A stretch of DNA of 64,000 bases from a virus. The stretch's first letter is position 1. Every line of letters starts with the position of its first letter. Below the pieces are notes generated by a model. It was not told where the DNA came from, searched no databases, and worked only from the letters and a program-made list of their open reading frames with translations. Below, piece by piece: positions 16,409 through 26,116 of this stretch. The stretch lies in the IMG/VR virus record IMGVR_UViG_3300046361_000034, positions 1 through 64,000 of that record, one strand, 5' to 3'. A program made the translations under genes and the position numbers.

Positions 16409-18724
16409 ATGGTACTTCCCCCTCAAAAATTATCACGAGCTGAAAAGCTTATTAGACATGAACTTAAAGGTAAGAACAACATTGAAGAAACTGTTGATTT
16501 TTACATAGGTAGTTGTAATTGGAATAAACAGACACAAGAGATACTTGATTTATATAAAGCTGTTGAAGGAAATCTTGTACATGATTATAAAACAATTCAA
16601 AATCCATATAATGCTACAAAAAATGGAGATACTCCATTAAAATATAATGCTACTCTACAAAATCATAATATACTTAAAGGTATTGTTAATTTACTAATGG
16701 GAGAGTTTGGTAGACGAGTACATGAATATAATGTCACTACTGTTAATAGTTCAGATACTTTTGCTTATAAAGATGGTTTAAATATTGTTATTAAAAACTA
16801 TTATGCACAACACGTTGCAAATGAATTAGATAAATTAGGAGTAAAATTAGGACAACAAGTTAAAGAACTTGAACCTTTAGAATCTTATGTTGAAAAATTT
16901 AAACAAACATTTGAAGAAACTAGAATTATATCTGGACAAGAGATTTTAGATTATATAGTATTTGCTTGTGATTTACCTAGTAAATATTTAGACCTTTATT
17001 ATGATTGGGTAATTACTGGTAGATTTTTTACATTTAAAACTGTAAATCATGATAATGTATATTTTGAAGTTGTACCTGTTCATGAAATGTTTGTTCCTCA
17101 AGAAAAACATAGTAGATTTGTTGAAGATTATACATATCATGTTCGTAGACAAATTATGCCTATGTTTAAGGTAGTTGATTTCTTTAGAGGTAGATTACCT
17201 GATGATATTATAGATGATTTAGAAAAACAACTTACTACTGGTCTTGTTCAAAACTTTGCTAATGTATCTCTTACAGGTAGACAAGGACTTATTATATTAC
17301 CAACTGAATATACAAGTGACAGTTCTTTTAAAACCATTAACTCTATTAATAATGGTGTTGAAGTTTTTCACGTTGTTTATGATACTTGGAGAAAATATGG
17401 AGTACTTAAATATAATGATCCTCTTATAGGAGAAACTGAAATGGAAGTTGGTGAGGATCATACTTTAGATAAAAGTAATGGAGATATATCTATTAAATGG
17501 GCTTGGGAAAAAGAGAAATATCAGGCTTTTAAAGTTCTTGATTATTATCTTGATGCTGGTCCACTTCCTGCTAATCGTGCTGACCTTGACCAAGAGGGAT
17601 TACAAAAATCTCCTTATAATGGTACAATAGAAAGAAGTATAAATGGAGATATTCAATCTATTATTAAAGAAGGTTTACCTTATCAAAAATCTATTAATGT
17701 TTTACATTATCAAGTACAAAAACTTGTTAATAAAAATAAAGATAAATTAATTGTTATGCCTTATGGATTAATTCCTACTAAACAAGGTATAGATGCTTCT
17801 AAACAAATGTATCATGCTGATGCTACTGGTATTCTTTGGATTGATGAAACTGCTCCTAATGCACAACTTGCTGCACAAACGATTAAAACTCTAGATATGT
17901 CTTTAGGTAATTATATTGCTGGAGCTGTTGAACTTATTAAATACATTAAATCAGAATATTGGGAAGCAATTGGTATGAACCCACAACGTTATGCTAATGT
18001 AGGAGATAATGCAGGTAAAGGTGTAACAGAACAAGCTATTATTCAAAGTGCAATTATAACTTATGAATTGACTAGACAATTTGATAAAGTTATTGAAAAA
18101 GATTATCAAGGATTATTAGATATATCTAAATTAGCATATATTAATGGTAAAAAAGCTAAATATGTTAGAGGTGATGCAAGTGTTGCTTTTTTAAATATGA
18201 ATATAGATGCTGCTAATTATCATTCAGAAAATTCTTATAATATATTTGTACAAGATGCTTCTATAATGACTGAAGCTATTAAAAACATTAGAGCACAAGC
18301 TACTAATCTTGTACAAAATGGCGGAGATACTTCTGTATTAGGTCATTTATTTTCTACTAATAACGTAACTAAACTTACTAAGATATTAGAAAAACTAGAA
18401 GATAATAAAAGAGCTTATGATGAACAACTTCAAAAATCTCAACAAGATTCTAATGAAAGAGTACAACAATCTGTTGCAAATGTTGCAGAGAAAGATAGAG
18501 AAGTTAGATACTATGAGATTGATAAATCTTATGAAGCTACTATTGAATCTGCAACTATTCGTTCACAAAAAGATGATGGACATAATCAACCTCGACCTGC
18601 TAATGATGTAGAAGTTTCTTTAGCAAATCATAAAATTAATAATGATAATCAAGAAGTAGCATTAAAAGAAAAAACTTTAGCATTAAAAGAAAAAGATTTA
18701 CATATTAAAAATAATAATAAATAA
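16409..18724 (+). CDS. portal protein
   Basis: 771 aa after TerL; N-terminal LPPQKL, LLMGEF, GMNPQRY, C-terminal coiled-coil barrel; crAss synteny. Confidence 0.85.
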   Translation: MVLPPQKLSRAEKLIRHELKGKNNIEETVDFYIGSCNWNKQTQEILDLYKAVEGNLVHDYKTIQNPYNATKNGDTPLKYNATLQNHNILKGIVNLLMGEFGRRVHEYNVTTVNSSDTFAYKDGLNIVIKNYYAQHVANELDKLGVKLGQQVKELEPLESYVEKFKQTFEETRIISGQEILDYIVFACDLPSKYLDLYYDWVITGRFFTFKTVNHDNVYFEVVPVHEMFVPQEKHSRFVEDYTYHVRRQIMPMFKVVDFFRGRLPDDIIDDLEKQLTTGLVQNFANVSLTGRQGLIILPTEYTSDSSFKTINSINNGVEVFHVVYDTWRKYGVLKYNDPLIGETEMEVGEDHTLDKSNGDISIKWAWEKEKYQAFKVLDYYLDAGPLPANRADLDQEGLQKSPYNGTIERSINGDIQSIIKEGLPYQKSINVLHYQVQKLVNKNKDKLIVMPYGLIPTKQGIDASKQMYHADATGILWIDETAPNAQLAAQTIKTLDMSLGNYIAGAVELIKYIKSEYWEAIGMNPQRYANVGDNAGKGVTEQAIIQSAIITYELTRQFDKVIEKDYQGLLDISKLAYINGKKAKYVRGDASVAFLNMNIDAANYHSENSYNIFVQDASIMTEAIKNIRAQATNLVQNGGDTSVLGHLFSTNNVTKLTKILEKLEDNKRAYDEQLQKSQQDSNERVQQSVANVAEKDREVRYYEIDKSYEATIESATIRSQKDDGHNQPRPANDVEVSLANHKINNDNQEVALKEKTLALKEKDLHIKNNNK

Positions 18725-18748
18725 TTTAATTAACTTAATAAATAAACT

Positions 18749-20089
18749 ATGGTAACAAACGATGGCGGTACTCCAGGTGGAGAACCAAGTAAATCAGATG
18801 TAAGTTTAGGAGCATTATATAATCCAATTCCAGGACAAGCTCCTCCTGTTACACCTCCAGCAACTCTTCCAGTTGTTGATCCTGCTACACCTCCAGTAGT
18901 TGATCCTCCTACTACTACACAACCTATTGTAGTAGACCCTCCTGCTGTTCCTGCACAAGAGACTTTTGAAGATATTATAAAATTATTTAATTCTGATACT
19001 ATATCAGCAGAAGATAAACTAGATAAAGACCTTCTATTATCTAGTTTTAAAGCAACTAAATTAGATGATAAAGGTAATTTACTAAATGATGCTAATGAAG
19101 TAGTTTTAAATGCTACTAAAGTTAAAGCATTTTTAGATAATAATACTTTACCTTTAGATGATAAAGGTAATGTAATTAATGATAAGGGAGAAATTATTAA
19201 AACTAAAGAACAAGTTTTAAAAGAAAACTCTGTTGTAGATTACGTACGAAATGCTATTGAAACAAATACTGGTCTTACATTACCTGCTGATTTAGAATTA
19301 CCAGATGATGAAACAGGTATTGTTACAATAGTTACTGAATTACTTAAAAGTCAACGACAAACACTTATTCCTAATTTTTTAGATGCTAATCCCGAACTTA
19401 AAGGATTTGCTGAGCATTTAATGTTAGGAGGTACTGCTGAAAATTATTCTAGTTCTAATATAGATTATAAGGCTATTAAGCTAAAAGATTTAGATGATAC
19501 ATCTAAGTTAGGTCTAGTTAGAAAATCTTTTGAAATTCAAGGTAGTCCAAATAGTGAAATGTTACTTGACTTAATCAAAACTGGTGGTGATGATAAAATA
19601 AATCAAGCTACTGCTGATGCTATTAAATTTCTTGATGCTAAACAATCCGAAAATAATTCCTTACGTTCTCAACAAGTCGCACAAGCACAAAAAGTAGAGG
19701 AACAACGTGCTGAAATATATTGGGGTAAAGTTCAAGATATAGTTACAAAATCTGGTAAAGTTGGTAATATTGTTATTCCTGTTGTAGATAGAGAAAAATT
19801 CTTTGATTACTTATCTCATCCTATTGATGAGGAATATAATACTGCTGACTATATCAATTCTACTAAAGATTCTGTTGAGTTTAATCTATTAGTTTCATAC
19901 TTACGCTATAAAGGCGGTGATGTAGGAAAATTAGCTGCATTAGTTGCTCAACAACAACACGTTGAAAATTTACGTTCTCGATTTGATACTCTTAGAGGTC
20001 TTACAAATGGTAACGGTGTACCGCAAACAAGTAATACTAAAGCTAATTCTAAAGGTACTAATTTATCTTTAGAGAATTTAATGGGTTAA
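18749..20089 (+). CDS. capsid scaffolding/assembly protein
   Basis: Acidic, Pro-rich N-terminus (VVDP x3), duplicated LDDKGN..ND motif; lies between portal and MCP. Confidence 0.65.
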   Translation: MVTNDGGTPGGEPSKSDVSLGALYNPIPGQAPPVTPPATLPVVDPATPPVVDPPTTTQPIVVDPPAVPAQETFEDIIKLFNSDTISAEDKLDKDLLLSSFKATKLDDKGNLLNDANEVVLNATKVKAFLDNNTLPLDDKGNVINDKGEIIKTKEQVLKENSVVDYVRNAIETNTGLTLPADLELPDDETGIVTIVTELLKSQRQTLIPNFLDANPELKGFAEHLMLGGTAENYSSSNIDYKAIKLKDLDDTSKLGLVRKSFEIQGSPNSEMLLDLIKTGGDDKINQATADAIKFLDAKQSENNSLRSQQVAQAQKVEEQRAEIYWGKVQDIVTKSGKVGNIVIPVVDREKFFDYLSHPIDEEYNTADYINSTKDSVEFNLLVSYLRYKGGDVGKLAALVAQQQHVENLRSRFDTLRGLTNGNGVPQTSNTKANSKGTNLSLENLMG

Positions 20090-20137
20090 AATCAACTAAT
20101 ATTAATTTAATTACTAATCAATTTAATCTTAAACATT

Positions 20138-21649
20138 ATGGTAGGTACACCTAACAGCTCTTTTGCACTTCAAAATGGTAATTATGCTAGAATAGTGCAA
20201 CATGAATCTTTTGGAGATGAAGGATATACTAATAATCTTTCTCTTGCTAAAGCTCGTATGACTAATCCTGATAGTCTTAATCCAGTAATTACTCATTTAA
20301 TGGGTAATGAATCTAAAAAGTTTCCTTTACTTTATCTTACTGAAGGACAAGTTGGAGGAAATAAGTTTGTTGAAATACAAGATGTTGAGTATGATTGGCC
20401 TGTATTTGGTAGACTTCGTCGTACTGATGCTGTTGCAGGACATGATTATGCTCCTACAGATAAACCAGGATATGGTGGTCAAGACGTTTATGTTATCTTT
20501 AAAACTCGTTGGTTAAAATATCAACATAATATTGTATCTCCTAATGGTGTATGGGCACGTATTGTATCACAACCTGAAAAAGTATCTACTGGTTTTAAAT
20601 ATAAACTTGACCTTATTAGACAAAATAATGTTACATCTGTACCATTATCTGAATTAAAAACAGGAACTCTTTGGGCAATGTCTGCTGGAGCTAACGTTTC
20701 TGAATCTTATTCTACTGGTAATGAAAGTAATAAACAATTTCCTGGAAAACTTAAAAACCAAATTGGTATTTTAAGAAAATCTTATGAAATTGGTGGTAAT
20801 GTTTCTAATAGAATGACTACATTTCATTTCTCTGTTAATGGTAAAGAAGAGAATTATTATTTACCATTTGAAGAATGGCAACATGAGATGACATTCAAGC
20901 AAGATTGTGAGGAGTCTTTATGGGAATCTAAATATAATAGAGATGCTCAAGGAAATATTATGAATATTGATCCAGATACTCAACTTCCTATTCCTTATGG
21001 TGCTGGTGTTAAAGATCAAATTCCTAATAGAGATTCTTATGGTGTTCTTACACTAAAGAAACTTAAAATGGTAATTAGTGAAGTTATGTATGGTGCTACT
21101 GATTCTGATAAAATGAATGTAGTTTTATTTACAGGACTTGGTGGTAAAGAAGAATTTTCTAATGCTATTATGAATGAGGCTAGTGGATGGTCTTTATTTC
21201 AAGGTGCTTTAAATAATACTATTACTGGTTCTCCAATGGGATTAGTATTTGGTAATGCATTTACACAATATCGTCATATTGATGGTCATATGGTAACTGT
21301 ATCTCATTTACCTTATCTTGATTTTGGTGGTACTGCACAAAATGCCCCTACTCACCCTATTAGTGGTAAACCAATGACTTCTTATGAAATGCACTTTGTT
21401 GATATGTCTGTATATGATGGTGTAAATAACCTTCAATTAGTAACTCAAAAAGGTCGTTCTCTTATTAGAGGTATTGAACAAGGTATGACTTTGTTAAAAG
21501 GTCTTAACTATGGTGATTATTCTGGTAACACTATGGATATTAAATTGTCTACTTCTCAAGATAAAACAAGTATTCATTACATGAAAACTCTTGGTGTAGC
21601 TATTCGTAGAAATACACATTGTTTCTCTTTATATTGTACTGCTAGTTAA
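20138..21649 (+). CDS. major capsid protein
   Basis: 503 aa; FPLLYLTEG, EYDWPV, NQIGILRKS, GAGVKDQI, LFTGLGG; followed by a strong terminator; crAss synteny. Confidence 0.88.
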   Translation: MVGTPNSSFALQNGNYARIVQHESFGDEGYTNNLSLAKARMTNPDSLNPVITHLMGNESKKFPLLYLTEGQVGGNKFVEIQDVEYDWPVFGRLRRTDAVAGHDYAPTDKPGYGGQDVYVIFKTRWLKYQHNIVSPNGVWARIVSQPEKVSTGFKYKLDLIRQNNVTSVPLSELKTGTLWAMSAGANVSESYSTGNESNKQFPGKLKNQIGILRKSYEIGGNVSNRMTTFHFSVNGKEENYYLPFEEWQHEMTFKQDCEESLWESKYNRDAQGNIMNIDPDTQLPIPYGAGVKDQIPNRDSYGVLTLKKLKMVISEVMYGATDSDKMNVVLFTGLGGKEEFSNAIMNEASGWSLFQGALNNTITGSPMGLVFGNAFTQYRHIDGHMVTVSHLPYLDFGGTAQNAPTHPISGKPMTSYEMHFVDMSVYDGVNNLQLVTQKGRSLIRGIEQGMTLLKGLNYGDYSGNTMDIKLSTSQDKTSIHYMKTLGVAIRRNTHCFSLYCTAS

Positions 21650-21666
21650 TATAAAGAAACTTATTT

Positions 21667-21701
21667 AGAAAGACTACTTATTATAAGTAGTCTTTCTTTT
21701 T
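21667..21701 (+). terminator. intrinsic terminator after MCP
   Basis: AGAAAGACTACTTA-TTA-TAAGTAGTCTTTCT, 14-bp perfect stem followed by a T-run. Confidence 0.85.
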
Positions 21702-21748
21702 ATTCTAACTGAAAAATTAATTATTCTTAATAAATATATTTATATAAT

Positions 21749-22873
21749 ATGGACACACTTAAAGATAATAGTACTCCTGATATTACAGGTACAACTAACG
21801 CTACTCCTATTCCTTCAACTCCACCAACATCTGATACTACTCTCATTGCTTCTACCCCATCTACAACTCCTGATGAATCTAAACATCAATGTTCCGTAGT
21901 TTGTTCTATTCGTCGTAAACCTAATAATACTGCATTACCTGGACAAGACCCTGCTGAAAGGACTTATAAAGTAGGAGCATCTTTAGATTTAAAAACTAGA
22001 GCTAATCTTAAAGGAGTAACTGGGGATTTAGAAATGTTATTTATGCCTTCTTTAATTGGTATTAGTGATAATGACCCTTTGTTTAGAAGAAATGTAGATG
22101 ATTATTGGGCAAGTATTAGTAGACCTGTTCCACATGATGAAGTCTTTCTTAAAGACCATGAAAAAGGAATTGCTATTAATATTAAACTTACTGTTTTAGG
22201 TAAAGCAAGAAAAGAACGACTTGATTCTATTATAGGTATTGAAGATAAAGTTGCAAAAGTAAATGAATTAATTCAATTAGGTATAACTAAATCTACTAGA
22301 GAAAATCCTGTAGTATATGTTAAAGTTGATGATGAAAGTGTTTCGGATTACTTACTTTTAAATTACTGTTTAAGATATTCTAAAGTAGCTAATAAATTTG
22401 AAGATATTGATAAATCTCCTAAAATAGACTTTTATATCTTCGAGAAAGCTGCATCTGTTAAAGCTCAACTTAATAAAATTGAACTTAGAAATACAGCTGT
22501 TGCACTTATGCAAGACTTGGCTACTAATAGTAGAAGAATTGATGCAGTATTACTTATGTTCAGTCTTAATCCTAAAGACTTTGATACTGATACTGATAAA
22601 TTACTTAAAATTGATGAACTTGCTTTCTCTGAGCCTGTTGAAAATATGGTTAACTTTGTTAACTATGCTAAAGATGAACAATGGGAAGATAAGTATTTAG
22701 TTTATCAAGCAGTAAGATTAAATAAAGTTAGAAATGCTCCTAATACAACTTCATATTATTTTAATGATGACTTATTAGGATTAACTCTTTCTGATGCAGT
22801 TAACTTCTTAAACAATGAAGAAAAAGGTAAAAAATATAAAGAAACTTTATTAAGAGAAATACAACTTAAATAA
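21749..22873 (+). CDS. conserved crAss-like protein following MCP
   Basis: 374 aa; T/P/S-rich disordered N-terminus; MPSLIG...YW, DYLLLNYCL..SKVA motifs. Confidence 0.65.
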   Translation: MDTLKDNSTPDITGTTNATPIPSTPPTSDTTLIASTPSTTPDESKHQCSVVCSIRRKPNNTALPGQDPAERTYKVGASLDLKTRANLKGVTGDLEMLFMPSLIGISDNDPLFRRNVDDYWASISRPVPHDEVFLKDHEKGIAINIKLTVLGKARKERLDSIIGIEDKVAKVNELIQLGITKSTRENPVVYVKVDDESVSDYLLLNYCLRYSKVANKFEDIDKSPKIDFYIFEKAASVKAQLNKIELRNTAVALMQDLATNSRRIDAVLLMFSLNPKDFDTDTDKLLKIDELAFSEPVENMVNFVNYAKDEQWEDKYLVYQAVRLNKVRNAPNTTSYYFNDDLLGLTLSDAVNFLNNEEKGKKYKETLLREIQLK

Positions 22874-23910
22874 TGACTACACAAGAGTTACATATTGCAA
22901 TAGATATATTATTACAAAAGTCTAGTAGTAATTGGAATAAAAACTTCCTACCTCAAGAACTAGATTTTTTTCTTAATAGAGAAATTACTAAATTTATTAA
23001 AACTAGATTTAATCCTCGTTCTAATACTAAACAACTTGGTTCTTTTGATACTATAAAAAGAGTTCAAGACACTAATGTACTATACAATACTGTATCTCTA
23101 CCAATTTTAAGTCTTAATCAAAAGGAAGTTTATATCAAACTTCCTTTTGATTTTTTAGATTATATTAGTAGTGAAATAGATCTTATTCCTAATTGTAATC
23201 CTTCTTTAGTTCCTGACTCTCAAATAAGTTATAATTATAAAACTGTAACAATTCCTAATTTTATTAGTGCTAGTACATTAATTATTAGTACTGTTATAAA
23301 TGGTCTTACTACTGTTCTTTTTGATTTAACTTCTTTACCTAATGAGTATTTTCCTCAAGATAGTATACAAGACTACCGAAAAGAATTTATATATAGTAAT
23401 GCTATTATAGGAGAGATTACAAGAAAGCTTCCAAAAGATTTAGAATTTAGATATAATAAATTAACTAAGAAGTTAGAGTTTAGAAGTACTAAATTATTCC
23501 TAATTAATGTTATTAGAAATGGTGTAGTTATTACCACTACTGATACTATTGAAGTAGATTTATATAAATTAATTACTACAACTTTAACATCTCCTGTTAG
23601 AATAGTTGATGAAGAATTTAAAAGTGATATTAATAATTCTTATTTATCTAAAAGTAAAGATGAAAATGTTGTAGCTTATCTTCGTGATGATGGTATCATT
23701 TTTCCGAAAGTTAAAAATGTGGTAATGAAAACCGTAAATTTAACATATAAAGTGAAACCATTAAAAATAGATTTACTTTTAGGATATAATTCTGAATTAC
23801 CTGATACTGTATTAGAAGAAATTGTAGGAAATGTAGCTGAATCTATTAAAGCTGTAATTGCTTCTGATACTTATGAGAAATTTAAACAAGATAATTTATT
23901 AACTGAATAA
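22873..23910 (+). CDS. tail ring (head-tail adaptor) protein
   Basis: MTTQELH...FLPQELDFFLN, LPFDFL, YKVKP...SELPD..LEEIV pattern of crAss ring proteins. Confidence 0.7.
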   Translation: MTTQELHIAIDILLQKSSSNWNKNFLPQELDFFLNREITKFIKTRFNPRSNTKQLGSFDTIKRVQDTNVLYNTVSLPILSLNQKEVYIKLPFDFLDYISSEIDLIPNCNPSLVPDSQISYNYKTVTIPNFISASTLIISTVINGLTTVLFDLTSLPNEYFPQDSIQDYRKEFIYSNAIIGEITRKLPKDLEFRYNKLTKKLEFRSTKLFLINVIRNGVVITTTDTIEVDLYKLITTTLTSPVRIVDEEFKSDINNSYLSKSKDENVVAYLRDDGIIFPKVKNVVMKTVNLTYKVKPLKIDLLLGYNSELPDTVLEEIVGNVAESIKAVIASDTYEKFKQDNLLTE

Positions 23911-23920
23911 TTTAAATAAT

Positions 23921-24907
23921 ATGGAAAATTTACTAGTAGTAAAACAAATTGGTGCTATTGCAACTATTGCATCTATTGCCGAATTAGATGACATGATTGT
24001 TGGTGATTTAATTGCTGTTGGGGATGGAAGAGAAATTATTGGAGTAGGTTCTGCTGCTGCTGATTTAACCTCTCTTAAAGAAATTAAATTTATTACTAAA
24101 CTTGCTGATGGTAAGTTTAGAGTTTCTGCTCCTATTAATCGTTTTAATATTACTTCTTATAGTGAGCAATTATATTCTGCACCACAGAATAAGGTTGTTC
24201 GTATTGGTGGTATTACTGCATTATTGACTCTTAATATTCCTTCTACAGGCGAAGGTAATATTACAGTAAGAAATCTTAGTTATGATCATACTATTGCTAC
24301 ACAACGTATTAATGCATCTGTAACAAAAAATGCTAATGAAACTCCAGAAGCTTATGTAGATAGAGTAATAGCACAATTAAATACAGCTATGACTAATACT
24401 GGAAATGTATTTGCTACTGCTGCTAAAGTAATTGATGGTACTAATACTTTCTTAGGTATTACTTTTACTTGTGCAAATGAGCACGTAGATTTAGCTTTAT
24501 CTTTAGATGGAATATTTGCTGGTGTTGTTCCAGTAACAACTACTGAAGCTAAATGTGGATTAGGTAAAGGAACTGATATTCTTGCTATGGAAAAAGACTA
24601 TACTAAAAATCTTGGAAATAGTGGTTATGTAGAATTACCTGATTTATGGTATTCTGCTCCTAATCAAGTTGATAGTGCATTAAACTTTAATGTTATTACT
24701 CTTGGGTGGGATGGAATTGCGTCTACGGCTACTACTAATCGTCAAGTAGCTAGAAATACTATGACTTTTGCTGCTCCTACTGCAAGTACATTTGCAACTA
24801 TTACTGCATTTTTTCAATTAATTCTTGGAAATACATATGCAATGGTAGGAGGGGCTGAACCTGGTGATGAGCCTGATACTAATGCCATAGATAATGCTGT
24901 ATCTTAA
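23921..24907 (+). CDS. abundant structural protein, probable auxiliary capsid protein
   Basis: 328 aa, Ala/Thr/Gly-rich beta composition; own terminator; synteny with crAss auxiliary capsid gene. Confidence 0.55.
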   Translation: MENLLVVKQIGAIATIASIAELDDMIVGDLIAVGDGREIIGVGSAAADLTSLKEIKFITKLADGKFRVSAPINRFNITSYSEQLYSAPQNKVVRIGGITALLTLNIPSTGEGNITVRNLSYDHTIATQRINASVTKNANETPEAYVDRVIAQLNTAMTNTGNVFATAAKVIDGTNTFLGITFTCANEHVDLALSLDGIFAGVVPVTTTEAKCGLGKGTDILAMEKDYTKNLGNSGYVELPDLWYSAPNQVDSALNFNVITLGWDGIASTATTNRQVARNTMTFAAPTASTFATITAFFQLILGNTYAMVGGAEPGDEPDTNAIDNAVS

Positions 24908-24928
24908 AGTCTTTTTACTTATGATTTT

Positions 24929-24968
24929 AAACCTACTAATACTAACTAAGTGTTAGTAGGTTTTTTAT
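24929..24968 (+). terminator. intrinsic terminator
   Basis: AAACCTACTAATACT-AACTA-AGTGTTAGTAGGTTT followed by a T-run. Confidence 0.8.
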
Positions 24969-24986
24969 TTAACACCTAATGTACTT

Positions 24987-26114
24987 ATGATAACAATTCA
25001 AAATAATATATTCCTATTAAAAAGATTTAAAGATGATTTTGTTCTTTATAATAGAACTATTAATCTAACTACTTATACTTTATCTTCTATAGATTGTACT
25101 GGTATTGCTAAAACAATAGTAACTGCTACTTTAGTAGGAATTAATGATGTAGATTATATTACTAAAGGTAATATAGTTTTACCTATTCTTACTGATGGAA
25201 ATTATAGAGTATTTATGGGTGGCGTTAATGTATATTTTTCCTCTTGGAAAAATTATAGAACTAGACTTATTCCTTTAATAGAGAAAACTTTATGTTCAAA
25301 ATGTAATGATTGTGGTAATTGTAATGATTCTGATGAAAATTGTATTAGTAAAGAAGCTAAAGTTTGTTTAAGAAATCAAAGTCTTTTTAATTATATTCAA
25401 GTATATAATAATTTAATTAAACCTTTTACTTTTAATGCTCCTACTAAATTTAATACTTTTTTAGATAATTTTAATTCAGAAGCTATTTATAATAACATTT
25501 GTTTTATTAAAGAAGAATTATGTAAACAATTATTAGAAACTGATATTGATGGAAAAACTCACACAAATCAAGATTTATTTAATTATTTTATATCTATATA
25601 CTATTTAGGTTTATATTTATATGATAAGAGTTTTATTCCTACTTCAATTTTTACAAATGATGAAGTAATTGAAGAACTAGAATATCTTAAAACTATTTAT
25701 AAATACGATACTATTAAAAAATGTATTCTTAATTTAGGAATAAATGTTGATTCTCTTATAGAAATAATTACTTCTACTGAAAATTTAGAAGTTTATTATT
25801 GGCAAGATAATAATATTGAAAATACTATAACAGAAATATATCCTTTAATTACTCAAGCTTACTTAAATGGTAAAAGTGTTAAACCATTTAATGAGTTTAA
25901 TCAAGGTGTTTCTATTGTATTATCTAATATTGGTAGAATAGCTTTTGTAATAAAAGCTACACCATTAACTAATTTCATAATTGAGGACTCTTTAGGTAAT
26001 AATATAACTCATGAATTTGATGTAGACTATGTTACCTTATTATCTGCTGCTGTATTTGTAACTAAAGAATATCATTCTTATGGAACTGTAAACTTTAAAT
26101 TTAAAATCTTATAA
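24987..26114 (+). CDS. tail hub/fibre-attachment-like protein with Cys cluster
   Basis: LCSKCNDCGNCNDSDENC...C; precedes the spike/fibre genes. Confidence 0.5.
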   Translation: MITIQNNIFLLKRFKDDFVLYNRTINLTTYTLSSIDCTGIAKTIVTATLVGINDVDYITKGNIVLPILTDGNYRVFMGGVNVYFSSWKNYRTRLIPLIEKTLCSKCNDCGNCNDSDENCISKEAKVCLRNQSLFNYIQVYNNLIKPFTFNAPTKFNTFLDNFNSEAIYNNICFIKEELCKQLLETDIDGKTHTNQDLFNYFISIYYLGLYLYDKSFIPTSIFTNDEVIEELEYLKTIYKYDTIKKCILNLGINVDSLIEIITSTENLEVYYWQDNNIENTITEIYPLITQAYLNGKSVKPFNEFNQGVSIVLSNIGRIAFVIKATPLTNFIIEDSLGNNITHEFDVDYVTLLSAAVFVTKEYHSYGTVNFKFKIL

Positions 26115-26116
26115 CA

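Noticed and set aside
18657-18694. 17-nt direct repeat at the portal 3' end
   Set aside because: Encodes ALKEK twice at heptad spacing; a simple coiled-coil duplication
14139-21649. Introns or inteins in TerL, portal or MCP
   Set aside because: ORFs are continuous and of ordinary length; no intein splice-junction or homing-endonuclease motifs noticed
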